64,000 nucleotides of DNA from positions 3,680,001-3,744,000 of the forward strand of contig CAVUDP010000002.1 in assembly GCA_963740315.1 (NCBI GenBank). The letters run 5' to 3'. Of the stretch, positions 11,540 through 22,087 are shown in pieces. Numbering within the stretch: position 1 is the first letter of the stretch; every line of letters starts with the position of its first letter. The position numbers and the translations under genes were made by a program. Source of the stretch: an uncultured cyanobacterium. Its GTDB lineage: Bacteria > Cyanobacteriota > Cyanobacteriia > Cyanobacteriales > Nostocaceae. The notes under the pieces were generated by a model. It saw nothing but the letters and a program-made list of their open reading frames with translations, had not been told where the DNA came from and searched no databases.

Positions 11540-11902
11540 GTCAACAACCCCCGGCTATAAGCCGGGAGCTTCCAGACCTGTTCTGCAAGCTCTAGTTGAC
11601 CAGACTCAGTACCTTTGAGTACTACGTTTAAAGTAAGAGTTAAAGTTCATACCAGGGAATGCGTAGCTAGTTCCCTGCTCTATAACTGGGTGGTTAAACA
11701 GGTTTATGGGTTAAGCCAGTGCTGCGCCGGATAGTTACCGACTTTAAACACTGTCGTTCGCGCAGCGTCTCCCTTTGGGAGAAAGCTAACTTTACTTAGG
11801 GGTTAACAACCCATTGGAAAAGCAATACGGTACTTAAAAGTACCGTTGTCGCTTTCCTCTGTGTCCTAGAAGAACTGAGTTTCCAGCAACATAGCGATTT
11901 TT
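11540..11902 (+). mobile_element. Non-autonomous IS200/IS605 derivative carrying an IscB-type omega-RNA (HEARO-like) with no iscB ORF
   Basis: GTCAAC(11540)...GTTGAC(11595) stem with inner CCCGGCT-ATA-AGCCGGG hairpin; GACCAGACTCAG, CTACGTT, GGGAATGCGTAGCTAGTTCCC, TTAAACAG, CCAGTGCT, AAC-CTGTCG..AAGCTAAC blocks match my recollection of the RNA upstream of cyanobacterial iscB; right-end hairpin ACGGTACT-TAAA-AGTACCGT; followed by ATGA. Confidence 0.78.
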
Positions 11903-11965
11903 ATGAGAGGAATTGAGTAACGTACTTTTGTAATTAATTAAGAAGTTAAGATTTAGCAAAAAATT

Positions 11966-12889
11966 ATGGATTGGAATAACTGGGTATATTTTGGAGTCGG
12001 ATTAGCATTAGGAGTAGGTATTTGTCAGTTAATGAATAGCTCAAAGGCTTCTAAAAATTCATCTTTTATCGGATCGAAATCAGAAAATCAGCAGGATGTG
12101 TCCGAGCTATCTGAACGGATGAGAGAAGTTGAACTGGCTTACCATATGGCGCGAGAAATGAGCCAGTTTAAAGCCGGGTTTTTAGCACGCACTACTCATG
12201 TATTGCGATCGCCACTCAATGGTTTGATTGGTTTACATCAATTAATTTTATCGGATTTATGTGAAAATCCTGCTGAAGAGCGAGAATTTATCGGTCAAGC
12301 TCACGAACGAGCTTTAAAGTTATTAAATCTTATTGATGAAATTCTGCAAATTGCGAGAGCCGAACATGGCGATAGCAAATTAGATATTCAGTCTCGTTCG
12401 TTAAATGAAATTTTACTCGAAGTACATAAATTAACTTATATGCTGGCTGAAAATCGTAATTACCCGTTTAAGGTATTACAACCGAGCGAGGAAATTTATG
12501 TTTGTACCGACCAGCGTTGGTTAAAACAAATATTGGTAAACTTGGTAGATACTGCTATTTCTAACATGGAAGAAGGTACGATAAATATTTCTGTCAAAGC
12601 ATCTATTGAGAATAATCTTGCTTATATTTGGTTAGATGCTCCAACCGAAGCTATTCCTTCTAGCGAACCGATAGATTTAATTGAGTTGGAAGATAATAAA
12701 GAAACCGACGAACAAGAAGATAAACGCCTCCAAGTCGGAATGAAGCTATTATTAAATCAAACTTTACTTGAAGTAATGGGAGGAAAACTTGAGATTGTTT
12801 CCTATCCTAAAACCGATAAAGACGAACAACTTTCTCGATTGCAAATTTCTATTCCTTTGGGGATTCGTGAAGCACAGTTGCAGCACTAA
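11966..12889 (+). CDS. Membrane-anchored atypical histidine kinase (HisKA plus degenerate HATPase)
   Basis: N-terminal TM; KAGFLARTTHVLRSPLNGLIG H-box; LKQILVNL; G-boxes not recognisable. Confidence 0.8.
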   Translation: MDWNNWVYFGVGLALGVGICQLMNSSKASKNSSFIGSKSENQQDVSELSERMREVELAYHMAREMSQFKAGFLARTTHVLRSPLNGLIGLHQLILSDLCENPAEEREFIGQAHERALKLLNLIDEILQIARAEHGDSKLDIQSRSLNEILLEVHKLTYMLAENRNYPFKVLQPSEEIYVCTDQRWLKQILVNLVDTAISNMEEGTINISVKASIENNLAYIWLDAPTEAIPSSEPIDLIELEDNKETDEQEDKRLQVGMKLLLNQTLLEVMGGKLEIVSYPKTDKDEQLSRLQISIPLGIREAQLQH

Positions 12890-13316
12890 AACTTGATAAG
12901 TTTGAGCGGTTGTATATCACCATCGTGGTTGAGGTATTCTGCTCAAAACCAATTTTTTCATAGAATTTTTGCTGGTGAGTAGTCATTAAATAGACACGTT
13001 CTACCTTACTCATCCGGGGATGACTTAAAACCGTTTCGACCAATTTACTACCTAGTCCAGTTCCACGAAAATCTGGGTGGATAACAACATCCCAAATCGT
13101 AGCTCGATAAACACCGTCACTTGTTGCTCTGGCAAAACCAATTAATTGCTGTTTATTCCACACAGCAATTACAGGCTCGCTATTTGCGATCGCTTCTGCT
13201 AAATCCTCTATATTTCGTTCTCTTGCCCAAAAAGCACCATTAGCAAATAGTTCTTGGAGTTGTAAGAGGTCAATTTTAGATTTTGCATCGCTGAATAAAA
13301 TCTGAGAATTATTCAT
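12849..13316 (-). CDS. GNAT N-acetyltransferase
   Basis: [38 protein letters not shown]. Confidence 0.9.
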   Translation of the reverse strand: MNNSQILFSDAKSKIDLLQLQELFANGAFWARERNIEDLAEAIANSEPVIAVWNKQQLIGFARATSDGVYRATIWDVVIHPDFRGTGLGSKLVETVLSHPRMSKVERVYLMTTHQQKFYEKIGFEQNTSTTMVIYNRSNLSSFSAATVLHESPKE

Positions 13317-13533
13317 AAACTTAACCCAGATAGAAGTTCTAATTTTTTAGTTATACCAACACGATTAATAGTTATGCAAAGCCCCTAAATCAGAAGAGGG
13401 CAGCTAGGGATATATAAAAATCTGCAAAACTATATTTTTATTTCTTTTCGCGTAAGTTCTAATTTTAAAACACAAAAATTACACTTTCTCTAAAAAAGTA
13501 TAACAAACTTAACAATAAAAATTGAGTAGAAAT

Positions 13534-13920
13534 TTACTTACAAACCCATTTCCATAAAGGATGAGAAGAACCTTGCTGGCGGATGCGATAAACCTGTTTT
13601 TCCAAACGCTGCTTTTCCGAAACCGGCATACCAACTAAAATATTACGACTTTGCCAAATTAAAACGCTAAGAGTCATACCAATACATAAACTAAGTCCGA
13701 CAGCAGCAAAAGGATGGAAAAACAGACCATATCGTACCGACGACCAAGTAAAGTAATCCTGCAACAACTTAATTTCGGCACGTAAATCCCATAAACACAA
13801 AGGTGCTAATGTCAGCCATAAAAATACAACCAGCAGCCATCGACCATAAACCGTTAGCCGATGCAGCCTTTCCACCTGTCGAACAAAAGATGAATCCGAT
13901 GAAGGTTCTACTTGAGCCAT
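13534..13920 (-). CDS. Conserved hypothetical membrane protein (2 TM)
   Basis: Probable start MAQVEPSSD at 13920; the Pro-rich N-terminus in the ORF track is translated tandem repeat. Confidence 0.75.
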   Translation of the reverse strand: MAQVEPSSDSSFVRQVERLHRLTVYGRWLLVVFLWLTLAPLCLWDLRAEIKLLQDYFTWSSVRYGLFFHPFAAVGLSLCIGMTLSVLIWQSRNILVGMPVSEKQRLEKQVYRIRQQGSSHPLWKWVCK

Positions 13921-13931
13921 AAGCAAGAGAT

Positions 13932-14004
13932 TGGGGGAGATGGGGGGATGGGGGGATGGGGGGATGGAGGGATGGGGGGATGGGGGGATGGGGGGATGGG
14001 GGGA
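13932..14004. repeat. Octamer tandem repeat (GGGGGATG)n
   Basis: Directly visible. Confidence 0.9.
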
Positions 14005-14102
14005 CAAGGAGATAATTTTTAATTCCTAACTCCTCACTCTTAACTCCTAACTATTTTTAACATGCAGACCTTTAACATGCAGACCTTTAACCTTAATTAC
14101 TC

Positions 14103-15083
14103 CTAACTGTTAACTGTTACTTGTTCGTTGGTTCCAGGAGAAGGTGGATTTGATTTTTGTTGTCGCTCGCGCCACCAAGCTAGAAGCGTGCTGGCGATAA
14201 AAATACTAGAATATGCTCCGGCGACAAAGCCAATAATTAGCGCTAAAGCAAAGTTTTTTAAGGTTTCGCCACCAAATAGAAAGATTGCAATTAACGATAA
14301 TAAAGTTGTCAGCGTAGTGTTTATTGACCGCGCTAAGGTTTGATTTACTGCATCGTCCACAACTTCAGCTATCGGACGACTCGGATCTTTTTCGAGAGTT
14401 TCGCGGATGCGATCGTAAATTACTACAGTATCGTTAACCGAAAAACCCGTAATGGTAAGTAAAGCAACAATAAATAAGCTATCTACTTCTATACCAAATA
14501 GCAATCCAAAGATCGAGAAAATCCCTGTTGTCATTAACAGATCGTGAAAAGTAGCAACAATGGCAAATACTGCGTAATCTAACTTAAATCGAATAGATAG
14601 GTAAATTACAATACCCGAAAATGCCACTATCAAAGCAGTGATTCCAGTGTTAAATAATTGCCGTCCTAATGTCGGTCCTACTGTATCTATTTGACTTTTT
14701 TGCGAGTCAAAAGTACCAATTCGTTCGCTCAAAGCCTTTTGTAACTGGGTGCGCTTTTCTACATCCAAAGTTTTTGAGCGAATCAGTACGCCGTTTTTAT
14801 CGCCAGTTTCTCTATCGGCAATAAGTTGGATGCTGCTATCGGCTAAGCCCTGTGAGGCTACAACTTCTCGGACAACGTTGATATCAATTGGTTCGTCGCA
14901 GTTCGATGGCAAAGTACAGTCTCGTTCAAACTGCAACCGCGTACCGCCGACAAAATCCAAACTAGGACGAAGCGGTGCGCCAATTTGCTGCCAAGAAACC
15001 AGCATAGAGATAATGCCAGCTAAAATTACAGCACCCGAAATACCCCACCACAGAGTTCGCGATTTATTAACACTAATTTTCAT
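14103..15083 (-). CDS. secF: Protein translocase subunit SecF
   Basis: [43 protein letters not shown]. Confidence 0.97.
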   Translation of the reverse strand: MKISVNKSRTLWWGISGAVILAGIISMLVSWQQIGAPLRPSLDFVGGTRLQFERDCTLPSNCDEPIDINVVREVVASQGLADSSIQLIADRETGDKNGVLIRSKTLDVEKRTQLQKALSERIGTFDSQKSQIDTVGPTLGRQLFNTGITALIVAFSGIVIYLSIRFKLDYAVFAIVATFHDLLMTTGIFSIFGLLFGIEVDSLFIVALLTITGFSVNDTVVIYDRIRETLEKDPSRPIAEVVDDAVNQTLARSINTTLTTLLSLIAIFLFGGETLKNFALALIIGFVAGAYSSIFIASTLLAWWRERQQKSNPPSPGTNEQVTVNS

Positions 15084-16504
15084 TTCGCCACCTGTGCCTT
15101 ATTTGAGCTTGGCAGGTTGGGACAGAAAAGTTCTGGCTTGCGTATTGAAGGAATTCTAATTGCTAAAAACATTAACGTGCGGCTACAAGTAACTGCTGTA
15201 AACATACTAACTGCTACACCTACAGCCAAAGTTACGGCGAAGCCTTTGACTAAGCCAAATCCCAGCCAAAACAGCGCTGCACAGGCAATCAGTGTTGTGA
15301 TATTGCTATCTAAAATACTAGACCATGCTCGGTAAAAACCAGATTCGACGGAGCGATAAAGTGACTTACCAGCTCGTAACTCTTCTCGCGTGCGTTCAAA
15401 AATTAGTACGTTAGCATCAACTGCCATACCAATACTCAGGATAAAACCGGCGATACCGGGTAAGGTTAAAGTTACGCCAAGCAAAGCGAAACAAGCCCAA
15501 GTAAAAAGGGCATAAATTATCAGCGCGATATCGGCAATTAATCCTGGTAGTCTGTAGTAAACCACCATAAATATTAATACTAAAGCCAAACCACCAACAC
15601 CAGCATAAATACTGCGTTGGATGCTGTCTCTTCCCAATGTGGCACCGACTGTACGATTTTCGACAATTTCTATCGGTACTGGCAGCGAACCACCGCGCAA
15701 CTGCACTGCTAAATCTTGAGCATCCTGGGCTGTAAAACTACCTGAAATTTCAGCATTACCACCAGTAATTCCCGTATTAGCAAATTTCACGGCTACAGAA
15801 GCAGCGCTAATTAATTCATTATCAAGAAAAATACCAATACTGCGTCCGGTACCCGCCAGATTTTTGGTTAAATCCGCGAACAGCTGACCACCTTCTGGAT
15901 TAAACTGAAGTCCTACAGCCCAACTACCGCCACCTTGTTGGGGGCTATAAGGGCTGGCATTAGTTAGATATTTACCCGTTAGCGGCGGTTTTAAACTTTC
16001 AAATAATTCGGCGATCGCCTGTTGATTTATTTTTAGTTCTTGTTGATTTTTCTCAATTGCACCAGCATCTTTAACTTCAGCAGAAATTAACTCTGCTTGT
16101 TTGGCTTTGAGTTGTTCGCGATTGGCTCGTAAAGCAAAAAGTTGAGTTTCTGTTCCCGGCTTCTGAGTCATAAACTCTAATTGTGCCGTACCACCCAAAA
16201 CCCGTTCGGCTTGCGCTGGATTATCAACTCCAGGTAGCTGAACCAAAATTTTATCCGTTCCAGCACTTTGAATTACAGGCTCCGAAACTCCGAGTCCATT
16301 AACTCGATTACCGAGAACTGTTTGTACTGCTTCCAATTCACGTTCGCCTATCTGCTTAATTTCTGGAGTAGTCTTAACCTGAATAGTCAGTTGCGAACCC
16401 CCCCGCAAATCCAGCCCCAAAGGCACCGGAATTGTGGCGATCGTCGTCACTGCGGCAATTACCAGAACAAAAATCAAAGCTAAAAACAATTGCTGTTTTT
16501 GCAT
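15080..16504 (-). CDS. secD: Protein translocase subunit SecD
   Basis: [44 protein letters not shown]; probable start MQKQQ at 16504. Confidence 0.97.
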   Translation of the reverse strand: MQKQQLFLALIFVLVIAAVTTIATIPVPLGLDLRGGSQLTIQVKTTPEIKQIGERELEAVQTVLGNRVNGLGVSEPVIQSAGTDKILVQLPGVDNPAQAERVLGGTAQLEFMTQKPGTETQLFALRANREQLKAKQAELISAEVKDAGAIEKNQQELKINQQAIAELFESLKPPLTGKYLTNASPYSPQQGGGSWAVGLQFNPEGGQLFADLTKNLAGTGRSIGIFLDNELISAASVAVKFANTGITGGNAEISGSFTAQDAQDLAVQLRGGSLPVPIEIVENRTVGATLGRDSIQRSIYAGVGGLALVLIFMVVYYRLPGLIADIALIIYALFTWACFALLGVTLTLPGIAGFILSIGMAVDANVLIFERTREELRAGKSLYRSVESGFYRAWSSILDSNITTLIACAALFWLGFGLVKGFAVTLAVGVAVSMFTAVTCSRTLMFLAIRIPSIRKPELFCPNLPSSNKAQVAK

Positions 16505-16742
16505 ACCATCCCCCCTTAAGCGCGACAAACGCTATAATAGCGCTTCTTTATCAGTTATGAGTGAAGAGTTCTTAATTTTACCAAAATTTTGGGTTTAAAG
16601 CCCCGTTCTTGGGAAGAGGGGGGAGAGGGGGAGAGGGGGAAGATGGAGGATAAGGGGACAAGGAGACAAGGAGAATTCAACTATTAAACTTTCTAATTCC
16701 TAATTCCGGTGGTCCTAATTCCTAACCCCCAATCCAAAATTC

Positions 16743-17726
16743 TTAGACTTTTGCTGCAACCATTTTTTCTACTGCTTCAACGATTTGCTCTGGTTGAACA
16801 ATGGTCAATCTTTCCAAGTTACCGTTGTAAGGTGTGGGAATATCTTGGGAAGAAAGCCGCAGCACTGGCGCATCCAATTCGTCAAATAAGCGTTCGTTGA
16901 TTGAAGCAATAATTTCTGCTGCTACACCCCCGGTTCTCATGCATTCTTCTACAATAATTACTCGGTGGGTTTTACGTATAGATTCACTGATGGTATCAAA
17001 ATCTAAGGGTTTTAAAGAAATTAGATCGATAACTTCTGGGTCGAAACCTGATTTTTCTAATGTCTTCACGGCTTGCATGACGTGATGGCGCATCCGCGAG
17101 TAAGTAAGTATTGTGACATCTTTACCGCTGCGTACAACTTCTGCTTTATCTAATGGCAGCAGGTATTCTTCTTCGGGTAAATCTTCTTTTAAGTTATAAA
17201 GCAGTACGTGTTCAAAAAACAATACCGGATTATTATCGCGAATAGCTGATTTTAATAAACCTTTGGCATTGTAAGGCGTGGAGCAAGCAACAATTTTTAA
17301 CCCAGGAACAGCTTGGAAATAAGCTTCCAAACGCTGGGAATGTTCTGCACCTAGCTGTCTTCCGACTCCACCCGGACCGCGAATGACTAAAGGAATTTTG
17401 AAATTACCCCCGCTCGTGTAGCGCAACATCCCGGCATTATTGGATATTTGGTTAAAGGCTAATAGCAAAAAGCCCATATTCATGCCTTCAATTATCGGTC
17501 TTAACCCCGTCATTGCCGCACCGATCGCCATTCCCGTAAAACTATTTTCGGCGATGGGTGTATCTAATATTCTCAGGTCGCCATATTTTTTGTGTAAATC
17601 TTTAGTAACTTTGTAGGAACCACCATAATGTCCTACATCTTCACCAAGTACCATCACGGTTTTATCGCGAGCCATTTCTTCATCAGTGGCTTCCCGTAAA
17701 GCATTAAAAAATAGTGTTTGTGCCAT
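16743..17726 (-). CDS. pdhB: Pyruvate dehydrogenase E1 beta subunit
   Basis: [32 protein letters not shown]. Confidence 0.97.
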   Translation of the reverse strand: MAQTLFFNALREATDEEMARDKTVMVLGEDVGHYGGSYKVTKDLHKKYGDLRILDTPIAENSFTGMAIGAAMTGLRPIIEGMNMGFLLLAFNQISNNAGMLRYTSGGNFKIPLVIRGPGGVGRQLGAEHSQRLEAYFQAVPGLKIVACSTPYNAKGLLKSAIRDNNPVLFFEHVLLYNLKEDLPEEEYLLPLDKAEVVRSGKDVTILTYSRMRHHVMQAVKTLEKSGFDPEVIDLISLKPLDFDTISESIRKTHRVIIVEECMRTGGVAAEIIASINERLFDELDAPVLRLSSQDIPTPYNGNLERLTIVQPEQIVEAVEKMVAAKV

Positions 17727-18065
17727 TAGACCAAAAATAACGAATATTGTTTTAGAATCTTATCGCGTCTCCGTAAAAAATACAGTGGAGAATAGCACCA
17801 GTTATGCAAAAATGTTAAATTGTTTTCGAGCGTTTTGAGTTGTTCACTGGACACAAGAGTAACCCTCTGGTTGACTCAACAGTTAGTTCAATAGACGGAA
17901 AGTTTCCGTATAATAAATAGTTAGCCCTCCGCAGAACAAGCGAGATCGGCAAGTTCATCGTTGAACAAGTCTGCCATCAAAAGCCTAGATCGTTCGCTTT
18001 TACACCTCTACCTGCTAGACTATCGTATTGCTGCTCCGTCTTTTCCATTTAAGTTGACTCGCCCT

Positions 18066-18644
18066 ATGGATTCGATGCCTTTGCCTACTGTCAATGAACA
18101 ATTAACAGATCTAGAAATTTTTTTGGCAATTCAGGCACGGCAGGTCAAAGCCTTAGACATACTGTCCGATCGCTACGGCAGACTCGTATACAGCACGGCA
18201 GTTCAGATCCTCAACAACATTGAAGAAGCTGAAGAGGTGACTCAAGAAACATTCCTTCGCCTTTGGCAGCGCAGCGACATCTATCAGCCTCGTAAAGGAT
18301 CGCTCAGCGGCTTTCTCATCACCCTAACTCGATCGCGTTCCATCGATCGAGTACGATCGCGCCAGTCCAACCAGCGAAAACTTCAGCGATTTCAAACCTT
18401 CTCAGAGGGCGCACCAGACTATAATCCCCCGCTAGAATTTGTTACTGTGGAGGAGCGAACTCAGCTAGTCCGTGAAGCGCTTAAGCAGCTTTCACCCGAA
18501 GACAGGCATCTGCTAGAAACCGCCTATTATGAGGGACTGAGCCAGTCAGACATAGCGAAGCGAGAGGGCATTCCCCTCGGCACTGTCAAATCCCGCGCTC
18601 GTCAAGCCCTCAAAAAGCTTCGCGCAGCACTCAATCTCGTTTGA
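18066..18644 (+). CDS. ECF sigma factor (SigK-like)
   Basis: Region 2 AEEVTQETFLRLWQ...RSRSIDR; region 4 YYEGLSQSDIAKREGIPLGTVKSRARQALKKLR; start taken as ATG 18066. Confidence 0.9.
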   Translation: MDSMPLPTVNEQLTDLEIFLAIQARQVKALDILSDRYGRLVYSTAVQILNNIEEAEEVTQETFLRLWQRSDIYQPRKGSLSGFLITLTRSRSIDRVRSRQSNQRKLQRFQTFSEGAPDYNPPLEFVTVEERTQLVREALKQLSPEDRHLLETAYYEGLSQSDIAKREGIPLGTVKSRARQALKKLRAALNLV

Positions 18645-18652
18645 TCGCTCCT

Positions 18653-19519
18653 ATGCCAACCCAAACCACTATGATTCGCGACGATGACAACCCCAACGAA
18701 ACGGATTTAGTAGCAGGCTTTATTCTCGACGATCTGAGTCATGAGGAAGCCGATCGCTTAAATCAGGCGATCGCACAATCCCCCGCGATCGCTGGCGAAA
18801 TCGAGTCCTTTCGAGAAGCCTTTGCGCTGCTTCCCTACGATATGCCGCTGCTAGAACCCTCCGCTCGCCTCAAGGACAAAATTATTAGTGCCGCGCTTGC
18901 CTCAGCAGCCGTCCCTCATTCAGACTCACCTCGTTCCAATGTTGTTCCCTTCGCCCCAAGTCGTCGCAATTGGAAACAATGGATACCTACGATCGCCACG
19001 AGTATTGCAGCCGGAGCAGTCATAGCGCTGGGGTTAAACCAGGTTCAACTGAGTCGGCAGGTTCAGCAAACGGTCGCCCTTGAGCAACAGCTTGAAGCCA
19101 AGAATACCGAGCTAAAGCGGCTTCGCAATGAACTGCAAGCGAATCAACAAGCGATCGCGCAACTCGGTCAACCGGGTACACAGATATATTCGCTGGTTGG
19201 CGCAAAATCAAACCCGAAAAACAGCCGTCTTGCTACGGCACGCCTCTTGGCAAAGTCGGGCGATCGTACCGTGACGCTCGTTGCTCAAGGGATGCCCAAG
19301 CTCTCAGACAATCAAATCTATCGGCTTTGGTCAGTTGCCAAGCCCTCCTCTGCTCCGATGTACTGCGGACAGTTTCGCCAAAATGACAGCGGTACGGCAC
19401 AATGGATTGCTCCAAATGCAGCCTGCACCAAGAATCCTTCGCAGTTGCTAATCACGTTAGATGCCCCGACCGATCCGATTACCTCCGCTGGACCATTAGT
19501 AATGCGAAGCTTCAGTTAA
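18653..19519 (+). CDS. Anti-sigma factor, RskA family
   Basis: N-terminal anti-sigma domain (LVAGFILDDLS..PSARLKDKI), one TM, coiled coil, C-terminal YRLW...LLITL RskA-like domain; directly after the ECF gene. Confidence 0.85.
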   Translation: MPTQTTMIRDDDNPNETDLVAGFILDDLSHEEADRLNQAIAQSPAIAGEIESFREAFALLPYDMPLLEPSARLKDKIISAALASAAVPHSDSPRSNVVPFAPSRRNWKQWIPTIATSIAAGAVIALGLNQVQLSRQVQQTVALEQQLEAKNTELKRLRNELQANQQAIAQLGQPGTQIYSLVGAKSNPKNSRLATARLLAKSGDRTVTLVAQGMPKLSDNQIYRLWSVAKPSSAPMYCGQFRQNDSGTAQWIAPNAACTKNPSQLLITLDAPTDPITSAGPLVMRSFS

Positions 19520-19750
19520 GCAATCGAAGTAGTTCCGGCAGGGACATTAAACCTTCAAGCCTCAGCAGATGCAGGAGCAGCGAGATGCGCTCAAAGCATC
19601 ACGTCCTTGCTCGTCTTTCTTCGTTTTCAATCCGGAAGTTTTTCGTGAACTCATCTTTGATGTGGGTGTGCGCCCCGACCTAGATAAAAGGCTGCGGGAA
19701 GATACTTCTGGAACTACTTTTTTTAAGTAGATACGACTCAAAAAAAGATT

Positions 19751-19775
19751 CATCCGATCGCAATCTCGCCTCGTA
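19751..19775 (+). promoter_or_regulatory. Candidate SigK-type ECF promoter for the fasciclin gene
   Basis: CATCC-N16-CGTA, 37 nt upstream of ATG 19813; resembles the CCATCC..CGAA promoters of SigK-type ECFs. Confidence 0.5.
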
Positions 19776-19812
19776 TACCTATTGAAGGTCCCCTTATCCC
19801 CCAAAGAAAACA

Positions 19813-20402
19813 ATGAAACTCTCCAGTTCTTTCAAATTCGCGAACAAATTTGCAGGTATTGCGGCTGCACTGCTACTGATGCCAATCGCCGTCGCTTGCC
19901 AAGACCAGAATACTACCACCACGCCAGCCCCCACTGCCGAGGCTACCCCATCCACGACCGAAGGCACCGCGTCAAGCCAGACAATTGTGGAGACGGCGAT
20001 CGCCAACGGCTCTTTCAACACCCTAGTCGCCGCTGTAAAAGCTGCCGATCTGGTCGATACGCTCAATGGGGCAGGACCTTACACCGTGTTTGCTCCGACC
20101 GATGAGGCGTTTGCCGCACTGCCTGCCGGGGTATTAGACAAGCTCTTGCTACCTAAAAATAAAGCAACGCTAACCAAGATCCTCACCTACCACGTGGTTG
20201 CTGGCAATGTTCCTGCAAGCGCGGTCAAGACGGAACCGTGCCCAGCGTTGAGGGTGCAAATTTGAACCTGACAGCCGATGCAGGAAACGTCACTGTCAAT
20301 GATGCCAAGGTTGTGCAAGCTGATGTGGCAGCCAGTAACGGCGTTATCCATGTGATTGATGCGGTGCTGCTACCGCCTAATTTGGATCTTTCTACGCTGT
20401 AG
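19813..20402 (+). pseudogene. Fasciclin (FAS1) domain lipoprotein with a one-base frameshift near 20232
   Basis: Signal peptide ending [24 protein letters not shown]; adding one G in ACGGAACC continues [12 protein letters not shown]...ADVAASNGVIHVIDAVLLPP...TL* to TAG 20400-20402. Confidence 0.88.
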
Positions 20403-20683
20403 TAGCTACTAATGGCACCTGTACTCGTGTTCCTTTCAACCCACTTACAAAAAAGGCAGTCGGCAATCGGCAGTGGGTAAAAAGTATCAATTTAAACTAA
20501 AGTTGCTGAGTTTAGAGCTTCAGTAAAAATAAATAATTATACAGAGGCTGCTTGCACAGAGGTATAAAACGTCAATTTTTCATTCACGCGGAGCGTGTGG
20601 ATCATCTCACTCTTTTAAGGGTGAGTCACTACTGCCTACTGCCCACAGCAAAGCTGCCTATGAACTCGATTCAATTGTCAAAA

Positions 20684-21945
20684 CCGCTTTCTAAAAATTA
20701 GACAAAGTTGAACATTGCCTGTTTCTTAGTTCCTGCTTCATCTTTATAGAGTCGGCTCTTGCTCCTCCACAGGCATAAATTCGGGTTCAGCTAACCCTAG
20801 CAAATTCAAACTAGCTGAGTAATCTCTATCAGCTACCCAATCACAATCATAATTGTCACATCGATAAACTCTCATAGATAATGGCAGTTTATCTTTTTTA
20901 TGTCCACAAGACGGACAGAGTTTAGAACTAGGAAAAAAACGGTCAGCAATAATTAATTTACTGCCATACAGTTCAGTTTTATAAGTTAGCTGTCTCCTAA
21001 ATTCATAAAACCCCGAATTACCAATAGCTTTTGACAATTTACCGTTTTTCATTAATCCCGAAACATTCAAATTTTCAATGACGATTTTGCTGTGGTTAGA
21101 CGCTAAATTCGTCGTTAACTTATGAATAAAATCGTCACGAATACAACTAATACGATAATGTAGTAAAGCTATTTTTTGTTGAGTTTTTTTCCAATTTGAT
21201 GAACCAACTACTTTATGGCGATTGCGCCATTGTAATAATCGTAATTTTCTCTCTAATTTTTTATAAGGTCTGGGGGAACTAACTTCTTCTCCTGTTGATA
21301 AAGTCGCAAATCTGAGTAAACCTAAGTCCACTGCTACTGGATTATTTTTTTGTTTTAAATCTTTGGGTGTAACTTCTAACTTAAAACTAATAAACCATCT
21401 AAGAGCTTTTCGACTAATAGTTACGGATTTAGGATTAATTGTTTGGGGTAGTCTCTCGTAAGTTTTAAGCCAACCAATTCTTGGTACTTTTATCCGATTT
21501 CTTTCTAATTTTATAGAGCCATCTAAAGTAAAGCTATCATGCCTTCCTTTTTTCTTGAAACGAGGTGGTTTCTTCAATTTTTTGAAACAATCATCCCAGG
21601 CTTTCCTTAAATGTCTTAAAGCATATTGGGGCGCACATTTTGATACTGAGTAATACCAAGGATATTCTGGTTTTACTAAACCTACTAACCATTTATGTAA
21701 ATCAATTGATGTGGGAAATTTGATTTTATCTTCTGGGTTCAGATGGTTGTTGTCTAAAATATTTTTTGTTAACCGTAATCCCCAATTCCAAGCGTGTCTT
21801 GCTACTCCCGCATGCTGGGCTAACAGAATTTTTTGTGTAATATTAACGATCAATTCTGTTTTAAACCCTAACAGCATTTTACTTCATCTTAAAAGAGCGT
21901 TTGTTAGACTTACACAAACTTACGAACAATCTATCACGGGGACGG
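20684..21945 (-). mobile_element. Non-autonomous tnpB-only insertion element, probably IS607-type; ends approximate
   Basis: No tnpA; short GTAAGT repeats upstream; downstream end TTTGTCTAATTTTTAGAAAGCGG resembles IS607-family right ends. Confidence 0.6.
20744..21877 (-). CDS. tnpB: TnpB RNA-guided endonuclease (IS607/IS605 OrfB type)
   Basis: MLLGFKTEL HTH; RuvC-I VAVDLG, RuvC-II IVIENLNV, zinc ribbon CPSC..CDNYDC, RuvC-III DRDYSASLNL. Confidence 0.95.
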   Translation of the reverse strand: MLLGFKTELIVNITQKILLAQHAGVARHAWNWGLRLTKNILDNNHLNPEDKIKFPTSIDLHKWLVGLVKPEYPWYYSVSKCAPQYALRHLRKAWDDCFKKLKKPPRFKKKGRHDSFTLDGSIKLERNRIKVPRIGWLKTYERLPQTINPKSVTISRKALRWFISFKLEVTPKDLKQKNNPVAVDLGLLRFATLSTGEEVSSPRPYKKLERKLRLLQWRNRHKVVGSSNWKKTQQKIALLHYRISCIRDDFIHKLTTNLASNHSKIVIENLNVSGLMKNGKLSKAIGNSGFYEFRRQLTYKTELYGSKLIIADRFFPSSKLCPSCGHKKDKLPLSMRVYRCDNYDCDWVADRDYSASLNLLGLAEPEFMPVEEQEPTL

Positions 21946-22087
21946 CGGTTTTGGTTGCTAATAAAATATATTTGTACTGAAACCGCCTAATTGACTAATC
22001 TTAGACATTAAAGCGTAATACCAAATTTTATGTCCAATTATGTCGATTATTGTCTAATTATACGGATTCAGTTTACAACCCTCAGTT

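Noticed and set aside
13921..14007. Pro-rich N-terminal extension of the 157-aa ORF
   Set aside because: It is the translation of the (GGGGGATG)n repeat; the ATG at 13920 is the more plausible start.
14056..14091. 15-bp tandem duplication TTTAACATGCAGACC
   Set aside because: Only two copies beside STRR sequence; best explained by replication slippage.
17961..21877. ECF sigma next to TnpB as an RNA-guided sigma (dCas12f-sigmaE-like) system
   Set aside because: The TnpB keeps all RuvC residues, is convergent, has IS-like ends and differs in base composition; the sigma has its own RskA anti-sigma and fasciclin target. Chance juxtaposition is more likely.
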